Source: Syntrophorhabdaceae bacterium
GTDB lineage: Bacteria; Desulfobacterota; Syntrophorhabdia; Syntrophorhabdales; Syntrophorhabdaceae
Direction of reading: 5' to 3'
NCBI GenBank assembly: GCA_963665295.1
Contig: OY762209.1
Location: forward strand, 480,001-544,000
Length of the DNA: 64,000 bases
Made by a program: the position numbers and the translations under genes. The notes under the pieces are model-generated. The model was given only the letters and a program-made list of their open reading frames with translations, had not been told where the DNA came from and searched no databases. Positions 47,230 to 54,809 of this stretch are shown one piece after another (the stretch's first letter is position 1; each line of letters opens with the position of its first letter).

Positions 47230-47424
47230 ATGGAAAAGAAAACACCCGTTATCAAGAAGAAAATACTCACTACCAAAGACCTTGCGCTCCTCTTGGTGGG
47301 AACCACCATCAAGCTGGACTGCGGGCATGAGGCTACCATTGGACATAACTTCGCCAATACGGTAATTATCTTGTCCGAGGGCGGAGGAAAGATTAAGACC
47401 CTCTGCCATAATTGCGGATATTAG
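47230..47424 (+). CDS. Small zinc-binding hypothetical protein
   Basis: LDCGH...CHNC. Confidence 0.6.
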   Translation: MEKKTPVIKKKILTTKDLALLLVGTTIKLDCGHEATIGHNFANTVIILSEGGGKIKTLCHNCGY

Positions 47425-47433
47425 GAGGAAGAG

Positions 47434-47583
47434 ATGTTTGTCATTCTCAGTTGATTGGATCATTCAGACATCGGCCTTATCCTCCACCAGGACGGAAAGG
47501 TCCGGCTGTTTGAGACCCACGCCGAAGCGGAGAGCTTCGCGGAGTCGGAGCTTGCCGCGAATTGGCAAATCATTGAATTGTAA
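47434..47583 (+). pseudogene. Small ORF with in-frame TGA at codon 7
   Basis: AGGAGG RBS; MFVILS*LDHSDIGLILHQDGKVRLFETHAEAESFAESELAANWQIIEL*. Confidence 0.5.
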
Positions 47584-47748
47584 TTTTGGGGGAAGAACCG
47601 AAACCGGATCTTCCCCTCTCATTTTGCCCAAAGCATACCTGAATAAGCACCTGATCTGATGCATAGACATATTACCCATCCCTTTTGGCCCGATAGAATC
47701 AACTGCCAGTCGCCGAATTTCTTGAAATCGGCTTAAACAAGTAATTAA

Positions 47749-47883
47749 TTTGGGGGAGAAGCATTTTCTGTGGTCCGTCGGCGAAGCACGACAGAACCCC
47801 AGCGCAGGGCTTTAACCGCAAAAGCAAAACAATGACGGTATAAACCCCTGCGCTGGGCTTCGCCACAGAAAAGCATCCCCCCG
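47749..47883. other. Long imperfect inverted repeat directly upstream of a Replic_Relax-like gene
   Basis: GGGGG..GC.TTTTCTGTGG..GGCGAAGC..CCCAGCGCAGGG / CCCTGCGCTGGG-CTTCGCC-ACAGAAAAGC.TCCCCC. Confidence 0.7.
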
Positions 47884-47895
47884 TATTTTTGATTT

Positions 47896-48570
47896 ATGAT
47901 ACTCAGTAGAGCAACCATCCGGGAGTTCATTTCCAAAATGGAATGGGCCACCGCCGCCAACATCTGCTTTCTCCTTTCCGGAAAGAGGAAGCGGAGAGAC
48001 TACGCCATTGTCGCCGCCGAACTTAACAGCATGTGCCGGACCAAGCGCAAGGAAATCCGTCTTAAAAAACTCAACCACGAATTCTATACCTGCTATGCTC
48101 TGGCCACCAATCCGAGAACAACCCTCAACCACAACCATGTCGAACACGACATCAAGCTCCGGAGCTGTTTGGGAAGATACTTCTATCTTTGCGGCCATGG
48201 ACTCATGGAATACCTCTCCATCGAAACCTTTGCCGACGCGGTCCTCAAGCTCAGTACCGGAGACCTGTATTTCGAATTCGACAGCGGACATATGGGAAGG
48301 AAGCAACTCAAGACCAAGATTATGACGCATTACACAGGCAAAGGAGCCTTCAGAGTTGTCTTCTGGACAGGGACCGCCGAATACGCCCACTGGAAGAACG
48401 CGGCAACGATTAAATGCCTGGAACGGAACCGTCTCAACCTGTTATTTCAAATCACGAGAAAGGTACTCAGGGAGAAACCGAACCGGGTGTTGGGGGCTTC
48501 GTATCACGACTATCTGGAAACCGGGAGACTGCATACCCAGAAAGGGTCCTCCATTTGGACCAATGAGTGA
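47896..48570 (+). CDS. Replication-relaxation (Replic_Relax)-like wHTH + PD-(D/E)xK protein
   Basis: HVEHDI, ADAVL..LYFEFDSGHM...KI..Y...FRVVFWT parallel the motifs in 56250..57155. Confidence 0.55.
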   Translation: MILSRATIREFISKMEWATAANICFLLSGKRKRRDYAIVAAELNSMCRTKRKEIRLKKLNHEFYTCYALATNPRTTLNHNHVEHDIKLRSCLGRYFYLCGHGLMEYLSIETFADAVLKLSTGDLYFEFDSGHMGRKQLKTKIMTHYTGKGAFRVVFWTGTAEYAHWKNAATIKCLERNRLNLLFQITRKVLREKPNRVLGASYHDYLETGRLHTQKGSSIWTNE

Positions 48571-48827
48571 AATCGTCCTACTGCTCTCAACTGTGACTAC
48601 GAACCAGATGGAGTAGTCGTCGGTAACGGCTTTTGAATGAAAGCCGGAAACACCGCCTAACTCAATAGAGGGAGGCTATGCGAAATGCTGATGGTGACGT
48701 GACTAAGCTGGCGACGGGTCGGGCTCTCTCGGTTTCACGCGACGGGTCCGGTCTTAAAGGACGAAACGTTTCGTTCCCCTCTCGGCCATAATGGTCGGGA
48801 GGGGACAAACCCTTGCGAATAATGAAT

Positions 48828-49403
48828 TCAGTCAACCTTTGTGGTTACAAGTTTCCTGATGAATGACATGAGATCATCGTAGTCTTTCCTTCTCTTACCA
48901 TATAAATCCTCGTAAATCAAAATCTCGGAAAAAGCCGAAAACGCCGCACCAGCTCTCATAAATTCCTTCAGCTTTTCACTACTCAGATTATCAATGTATT
49001 CCTCGTAATCAGAAATTTCGGGGTAAGGCAGATCCTTGATAGCAGCGACGAAAGAGCCTCCAAAATACATATTGAAGGCCCATAGTTTCCAAGTGTTCCG
49101 GCATTCAATTTTGTATCTGTCGTATGCTTCGATTATTCCCAAAAACCAGTCAATAATGGGCGCATCGGCATCAATTTCCCTTTTGAGGCAATCGACGAGA
49201 TACACCATGCTCAGCCATTCAATGAATTCAATCACGGTTCCCCTGAAGTTGATTTTGTCTTTATCCTTGTATGCGCTCTGGACCAGTGATTTGTTGGCGA
49301 AGGCTTTATCAACTGTCGGGTCTTCTAAGATCGGGGTTGAGGCTACCGCTTGGATAACATTGTAATACCTGCCATACATCTCATGTATGAGTTTTCTCTC
49401 CAT
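48828..49403 (-). CDS. Hypothetical protein
   Basis: 191-aa ORF with GGAGG RBS. Confidence 0.65.
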   Translation of the reverse strand: MERKLIHEMYGRYYNVIQAVASTPILEDPTVDKAFANKSLVQSAYKDKDKINFRGTVIEFIEWLSMVYLVDCLKREIDADAPIIDWFLGIIEAYDRYKIECRNTWKLWAFNMYFGGSFVAAIKDLPYPEISDYEEYIDNLSSEKLKEFMRAGAAFSAFSEILIYEDLYGKRRKDYDDLMSFIRKLVTTKVD

Positions 49404-49528
49404 TGTCCACCCTCCGGATCAATTTGCAAAAAGATAATTATATACCGTACGTATTAAATGTCAACCAGAAATTGTAGACAGCTAACTGCCGAAAAGAGAA
49501 CAATAAGCGCCTTTACTGAATTATTGTC

Positions 49529-49557
49529 TTGACAAAGATTCTTATTGTATAGATAAT
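49529..49557 (+). promoter_or_regulatory. Sigma70-type promoter
   Basis: TTGACA-N17-GATAAT. Confidence 0.7.
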
Positions 49558-49649
49558 AGTGTATAGTATTATTTTAACATTATTAAGTGTAGGGGCCACA
49601 GCGGATTCGATTAGAGCGCCGATTCCATCGGCAAACGCAGGTGCAAAAG

Positions 49650-49880
49650 ATGAAGGCGGAGAAGAGAACAGAGATCATGAAGACTCTGGAATTTTTAAAA
49701 GTAGCAGAGCCGCTCACCATCGGAGCAGCCATCAAAAAACTCTACCAGGAGAATTTTGTCTACAGGAATGAAGCATCAATCATCAACAACGACCGAACCG
49801 GTAATGTTAACCCTCCTCTCAAACTACTGATAGCAGGCAGCCAAAATCTTCCGCCAACAGGCAAGACTTTGGCTGCGTAG
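49650..49880 (+). CDS. Possible small protein ending in LAA
   Basis: ORF MKAEKRTE...PPTGKTLAA*; start uncertain. Confidence 0.35.
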   Translation: MKAEKRTEIMKTLEFLKVAEPLTIGAAIKKLYQENFVYRNEASIINNDRTGNVNPPLKLLIAGSQNLPPTGKTLAA

Positions 49881-50006
49881 GTCCCTATAAACCACTCCTT
49901 GCCTTTATTGCGGAAAAGCTCTCAGCAATTGCCGCTTTCACGCAGTATCGACCAGGAAACATTTAATATCCTCAACACCATAATAAAAAGATAGGAGGTG
50001 TCCCTT

Positions 50007-50222
50007 ATGTCGCGCTGGTGGCATGCTAACGAAATCGCAAAAGAATACAATCGTACTCGCCGCACCATCTACCGCTGGCTTGAAGAAGGATATATCAAAG
50101 GCAAAAAGATAAAGAGCAACTGGCTCGTCCCTGACGAAGAGGTCAAAAAGATAATAAGGGACCCCGATGATGACGGGAGCGATCCCAGCTTTAACAAGCC
50201 TTCACCAGATTCAACTACGTAG
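50007..50222 (+). CDS. Excisionase/MerR-like HTH DNA-binding protein
   Basis: AGGAGGTG RBS; ANEIAKEYNRTRRTIYRWLEEGYIKGKKIKSNWLVP. Confidence 0.8.
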   Translation: MSRWWHANEIAKEYNRTRRTIYRWLEEGYIKGKKIKSNWLVPDEEVKKIIRDPDDDGSDPSFNKPSPDSTT

Positions 50223-50237
50223 CAATACTCGCCGTTA

Positions 50238-50278
50238 GCCCCCCAGCCCCCATTTGCAAGGGACTGGGGGGCTTTTTT
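50238..50278 (+). terminator. Intrinsic terminator
   Basis: GCCCCCCAGCCCC...GGGACTGGGGGGC followed by TTTTTT. Confidence 0.75.
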
Positions 50279-50417
50279 GTCGAACGTACCACCAAACCTT
50301 CGCAACGTTTAGAAAAACTTTTGTGCGACACCCTACGACACCCTACGACAACCTTCCTGGTAACCGCATTATCCTCGTGGGAAAATCTCACATAGAAACA
50401 CTCTCAAGGAGGACGAC

Positions 50418-50837
50418 ATGGACTCACTTGTACACGAAACAAATGGAAGACTGGTTATGCTCGACCTTTGGGGATGCGATTTTGAGACGCTCAATAATTT
50501 CGCATCTCTTTCGAGTGAGGCAAAAGTGGCAGCCGAAAAGGCGGGAATGAATGTTCTCGCAATTTCCGTTGTGCCTTTTGTGCCGCAGGGGTACAGCATA
50601 GTCTTGACTCTAAGTGAATCACACCTCACTATCCACACCTCTCCCGAACAGGGGTATGCGGCTATCGACGTCTTCACCTGCGGGCACGGAAAACCTCACG
50701 TTGCCGCGAACCATTTACTGGCAATTCTCAAACCCGGCCAGATTCTTGCGAAAGTAATCCAAAGAGGGGAGCAGGCTCCGGCAGGCGCAGAGGGCTTTAA
50801 TGGAAATTTTCAGTCCGGGAGCACCCGCCATGCTTAG
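50418..50837 (+). CDS. speD: S-adenosylmethionine decarboxylase proenzyme
   Basis: FVPQGYS...LSESHLTIHTSPEQGYAAIDVFTCG, including the E-SH autocleavage site. Confidence 0.88.
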   Translation: MDSLVHETNGRLVMLDLWGCDFETLNNFASLSSEAKVAAEKAGMNVLAISVVPFVPQGYSIVLTLSESHLTIHTSPEQGYAAIDVFTCGHGKPHVAANHLLAILKPGQILAKVIQRGEQAPAGAEGFNGNFQSGSTRHA

Positions 50838-51399
50838 TGGCCAACTCACTCGCTTGAGACCTCTGGAAGATAAGGACTTTGCCTACTACTACTCGTGCAT
50901 GGACAATCCCGACTTGGCCGGAGTTGTCTTGGGAGACGCAGTCCCCTCTCCAAGGGAACTGACCAAGAAGCTGCTTCAAAAACAGGACGACCTCCTCCTT
51001 ACGGTAGAAACCTTATCGGGTACGCCAGTAGGTTTTTGCTTTCTCCGCAACATGCACCCCATTCACCGCTTTGCCGAGCTTGAACAATTCTTTATCGGAA
51101 ATCCCAGAGACCGCCGTCGTGGACACGGAGAAGATGCCATCCGGACGCTCACTCGCTACTGCTTTAGCATCCTCGGACTCAATCGAGTCTGGCTCATAAC
51201 CTATGCTTACAACTTCTCTGCAATACGCTTCTATGAAAAATGCGGTTTCTCGAAAGAAGGCGTGCTCAGACAGATTCAATTCACAGGAAGGGAGTATCAT
51301 GACGGGGTCACCATGGCCATCTTGCAGCAGGACTGGATTGCTATGCATAAAAGACACCGGTCACCGCACGAACCATCACCGATTGGGGTATCCCGTTGA
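50800..51399 (+). CDS. GNAT acetyltransferase (RimJ/RimL/SpeG-like)
   Basis: LRPLE, RRRGHG acetyl-CoA motif, LGLNRVWL, YNFSAIRFYEKCGFSKEGVLR. Confidence 0.85.
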   Translation: MEIFSPGAPAMLSGQLTRLRPLEDKDFAYYYSCMDNPDLAGVVLGDAVPSPRELTKKLLQKQDDLLLTVETLSGTPVGFCFLRNMHPIHRFAELEQFFIGNPRDRRRGHGEDAIRTLTRYCFSILGLNRVWLITYAYNFSAIRFYEKCGFSKEGVLRQIQFTGREYHDGVTMAILQQDWIAMHKRHRSPHEPSPIGVSR

Positions 51400-51812
51400 C
51401 GGATCAGCAAATCAACCTTTTTCGATCCAAGCAGTCGGACGATTGGGCCACCCCCAAGTGGCTCTACGACCAACTTGACGCGGAATTCCATTTTGACCTC
51501 GACCCTTGTCCCCTCAACCCTACCTTTGACGGGCTTAAAATCCCCTGGTGCGGAAACGTGTATGTAAACCCTCCGTACAGCAGGGTCCGCGAATTTCTCG
51601 CCAAAGCCCACGAGGAACTTAGGGCCGGACGAGCCCGGACGGTCGTGTTCCTGGTGTTCGCGAACACTGATACGGATTGGTTTCACACCTATGTCTACCA
51701 TCAGGCTGAGATTCGATTCCTTAGAGGCCGGATCAAATTTGTGGCCCCGGGCAAGAACAACTCCGCCATGCGGCCAAGCATGCTCGTTATCTTCAGAAAC
51801 AGAATCTCCTAA
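51396..51812 (+). CDS. Phage-type Dam-like N6-adenine methyltransferase (small)
   Basis: DDWATP, FDLDPC, VYVNPPYS, TDTDWFH, IRFLRGRIKF. Confidence 0.88.
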   Translation: MTDQQINLFRSKQSDDWATPKWLYDQLDAEFHFDLDPCPLNPTFDGLKIPWCGNVYVNPPYSRVREFLAKAHEELRAGRARTVVFLVFANTDTDWFHTYVYHQAEIRFLRGRIKFVAPGKNNSAMRPSMLVIFRNRIS

Positions 51813-51961
51813 TCACCGAAAAGAACATTCCCAAAACACGGCTGACGAAACATTTTTTGAAAGGTCGTATGACACCGAGGATCATTGTGTTCCATCGTGA
51901 TATTCACGCCCAGACCGTCCCTGTGGGACAATCTAATCATAAACAGACAGAGGAGGTGCCC

Positions 51962-52531
51962 ATGGAGATTTCAAGAAATGCTTATCCGTACCAGACACTG
52001 GCGATTTTCATCGACTACCACAACTTCGAGGCTTCTTTGAGGGACGAGGGCCTGCAGGTAGACCTCTTGCCCTTGAGGGAGTACCTGGCCGGAGGCAGGC
52101 AACTGCTGGAGACATTCGTGTTTGTCGGCTTCAACCCCAACAACGCTCACGAAGACGGACAGCTCCATCGGTTCTTGCGAGTGAACGGTTTTCTCGTACG
52201 GACTAAGCTGGCCAAGGTAAGGCCTGATGGTTCCTTGAAATGTGATCTCGATATCGAGATGGCTTTGTCTGTGGTCGATTACGTGACTCGGAACAGACTG
52301 GACACCGTGCTCCTCGTGACTGGCGACGGGGACTTCTCTCCCCTTGCCTCGTGGCTCCGGATGAGAGGCGTCCGGGTAGAAGTGGCTTCGCTAGAACGCA
52401 GTATGTCCCATGAGCTTAAGGAGTCGGCAAACGGCTACATTGACCTCCGTGAAGCCATCGAAGAAATCGAGGCAGGACGGGGAGAACTCATAAGAGAGGA
52501 GGTGAGAACCTATGGCAACGGCAATTATTAA
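51962..52531 (+). CDS. NYN/LabA-family PIN-like ribonuclease
   Basis: IFIDYHN, KCDLDIEMAL, LVTGDGDFSPL...GVRVEV...LKESANGYIDL; GGAGGTG RBS before ATG 51962. Confidence 0.85.
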   Translation: MEISRNAYPYQTLAIFIDYHNFEASLRDEGLQVDLLPLREYLAGGRQLLETFVFVGFNPNNAHEDGQLHRFLRVNGFLVRTKLAKVRPDGSLKCDLDIEMALSVVDYVTRNRLDTVLLVTGDGDFSPLASWLRMRGVRVEVASLERSMSHELKESANGYIDLREAIEEIEAGRGELIREEVRTYGNGNY

Positions 52532-52718
52532 TGGACGGCGGGTTGACATTCCCTCCACGGCAACGGATGACGATATTCGTCAGGCCGGAGGAATTCGTCC
52601 CGAGAGGACCCTCATCAAACGGGAGAGGCACGGGAACTTCGTGATCCAGCGCGGGTCAAGGACGAATGTCAAAGAAGGTGATGTGTTTGTTGATTCACCG
52701 AAAAGGATCAAGGGTTAA
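52512..52718 (+). CDS. Ubiquitin-like (beta-grasp) protein with C-terminal Gly
   Basis: 68 aa; AIINGRRVDI...VKEGDVF..SPKRIKG*; lies immediately upstream of E2-like and E1-like genes. Confidence 0.7.
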   Translation: MATAIINGRRVDIPSTATDDDIRQAGGIRPERTLIKRERHGNFVIQRGSRTNVKEGDVFVDSPKRIKG

Positions 52719-52770
52719 ATCACAACGGAGGGCCGGGCAACCCTGGCCCTCCCCTTAAAGGAGGAGACGT

Positions 52771-53298
52771 ATGGCAGAATTTTTGAATTCGTTGTTCAGA
52801 GGATTATTCGGCAGTCCGTCTGAAGCACCCCGGCAGGACACTGCGTTACCCGGAAGACATCCGGTCCGTTCCATCCGGAACGAAAGGCTTCTCAATGAGA
52901 TCATGATGATCGCCCCGAGATTCAGCCAGAACGGAGGGGTGTACTACGACGAGCACAACTTCGACTGGATCATGATTCCCAAGTACGCCCTGCCGGAACG
53001 GTGGGAGGAGAGATGGTGTAAGCTCCTTATTATACCCCCCGCAGGCTATCCGAGCATGCCTCCTATCGGCTTTTATCTCAACCAAAAATTTCACCTCAAA
53101 ACGGGTGGCCACGACCCTCACAACACCAGCACCGCTTACCATGGGGCACCCGACCTTCTGCATAGTGGCTGGCACTGGTACTGCGTTACCGTGGCAGACG
53201 GGCCGGGCGGCTGGCAGCCATCGGTCGATTACCGCGAAAAGGACAATCTCTGGACGTTTCTTAATATGGCCAGAGAAACCCTTACCAACGACTTTTGA
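52771..53298 (+). CDS. Prokaryotic E2/UBC-like protein
   Basis: WIMIPKYALPERW...LLIIPPAGYPSMPPIGFY...GWHWYC...WQP...DNLWTFL. Confidence 0.8.
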   Translation: MAEFLNSLFRGLFGSPSEAPRQDTALPGRHPVRSIRNERLLNEIMMIAPRFSQNGGVYYDEHNFDWIMIPKYALPERWEERWCKLLIIPPAGYPSMPPIGFYLNQKFHLKTGGHDPHNTSTAYHGAPDLLHSGWHWYCVTVADGPGGWQPSVDYREKDNLWTFLNMARETLTNDF

Positions 53299-53309
53299 AG
53301 GAGGCACAA

Positions 53310-54809
53310 ATGAAATACAGGATCATTCTCACCAAAGGCATGGCGGAGGAGTTGAAGAAGCACCTCCTTACAGACCGACGCAAGGAACAGATGGCTGTCA
53401 CCTTGTGCGGAGTGAACCGCCTCAAGAACGAAACCAGATTACTCGCCAGACACCTCATACTCTTTCCACCCGAGGCGTTCCAAACCCAGTCTTCGGCCTA
53501 CCTCGAACTGGACCAGGGGGTCCAGCGTCAGATTCTTGGATTGGCCGCAGCGGAAGGGCTGTCGCAGATTGATTGGCACAGTCACCCCGGCGACACATCG
53601 TGCATCGGCTTTTCCGGCGTTGACAACCACAATGAAAGTAAGCTCGCGGCCTACCTTCACGAAAAGATCCCCGGTACACTCTACGGGTCCGTGGTAGTGA
53701 ACCGGAACGTCTTCGACGCCAGGATTTGGCAGGTCGAAAAAGAAAGTATCCAGACAAGACCCGTAGAATCGGTTCGGTGGGGGGACTTCAACGATGCAAG
53801 CCCTGTCTCTTCCAGAGGCGCCAGGCCCGAGGCAATCGAGGAACAGTACTCCCGGCAGGTAGCCGCTTTCGGAAGCGTCTTGCAGACGAGGTTGAGGAAA
53901 TGCAAAATCGGGGTCATCGGGGTTGGCGGTTTGGGAGCGGTCGTTGTAGAAATGCTGTCAAGACTTGGCTCTGACACCTGGATGCTTGTGGACGACGATG
54001 TCGTCGAAATCAGCAACCTTAACCGCCTTCCCGGATCGTCCCGCAGAGACGCCTATTACCGGACTTTAAAGGTCAATGTCGCTCAAAGGAATATCACGAA
54101 AGCCAATCCTTACGCCGCCATTACGGTTTTGCCTTTAAGTGTCACAAATGAGAGGGTCGTCCAGTCCCTCAAGTCTTGCGACCTTTTGGTTGTAGCCACA
54201 GACAACAACAGCAGCCGTCTTATCGCCAATCGCCTCGCCGTGCAATATCTCATTCCCCTTATTCACATCGGCGTCAACATCGACGTGGACGATAACAGGA
54301 CCATAACCGACATGAGCGGAGAGTACGTGTTTCCGCCTCTAGGCGAGTGGTGCCTTCACTGCGCCGGGATCATTGATGGTCAGATGGCCGGATGGGAATT
54401 GGCGGATGAAGGGTTGAGGAGTGTGCTTCGGGAGCGGGGATATGTGAAAGACACACCGGCCCCGGCGGTCTATCATCTGAACACCGTGATGGCCGCCCTC
54501 GCGGTGGCGGAGATACACAACTTTGTCTCCTCTTACAAGCCCGTCCGGCGTTACCTTACCTACGATGAACTCAAAGGAGAGCTTCTGCCTCTTGAAGTCT
54601 CGAATGAACTTCGCTGCCCGGTGTGCGACAACGAAGAGGGATATCTCGGCCTTGGGGACCTAGAGCCCTTGCCGGATTATACGGGGAGGACAAGAACGAT
54701 GCCAAGTACCGATGCGTTTGACGGAGACGGAGAGATGCGCATTTTGCCGGTCAACAATCCCGACAATTCCAACGAAGTTGAGCTTGTGGTCAAAGAGGAG
54801 ACCTTGTGA
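53310..54809 (+). CDS. JAB peptidase - ThiF/E1-like adenylyltransferase fusion
   Basis: N-terminal E...HSHP.....FSGVD JAB motif; YSRQ, GVGGLG, DDDVVEISNLNR, ATDN..SR, CLHC and CPVC. Confidence 0.88.
   Translation: MKYRIILTKGMAEELKKHLLTDRRKEQMAVTLCGVNRLKNETRLLARHLILFPPEAFQTQSSAYLELDQGVQRQILGLAAAEGLSQIDWHSHPGDTSCIGFSGVDNHNESKLAAYLHEKIPGTLYGSVVVNRNVFDARIWQVEKESIQTRPVESVRWGDFNDASPVSSRGARPEAIEEQYSRQVAAFGSVLQTRLRKCKIGVIGVGGLGAVVVEMLSRLGSDTWMLVDDDVVEISNLNRLPGSSRRDAYYRTLKVNVAQRNITKANPYAAITVLPLSVTNERVVQSLKSCDLLVVATDNNSSRLIANRLAVQYLIPLIHIGVNIDVDDNRTITDMSGEYVFPPLGEWCLHCAGIIDGQMAGWELADEGLRSVLRERGYVKDTPAPAVYHLNTVMAALAVAEIHNFVSSYKPVRRYLTYDELKGELLPLEVSNELRCPVCDNEEGYLGLGDLEPLPDYTGRTRTMPSTDAFDGDGEMRILPVNNPDNSNEVELVVKEETL

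Noticed and set aside
48680..48770. Hammerhead ribozyme (CTGATG...GAAAC)
   Set aside because: The core reads CTGATGG rather than CTGANGA, and I could not build the three stems.
49590..49895. Canonical tmRNA (ssrA)
   Set aside because: No T-arm or G3-U acceptor/CCA 3' end found; kept only as a tmRNA-like finding.
52512..54809. CBASS Cap2/Cap3, or thiamine/molybdopterin biosynthesis
   Set aside because: No CD-NTase and no thi/moa genes nearby; the E2 and JAB partners point to protein conjugation.
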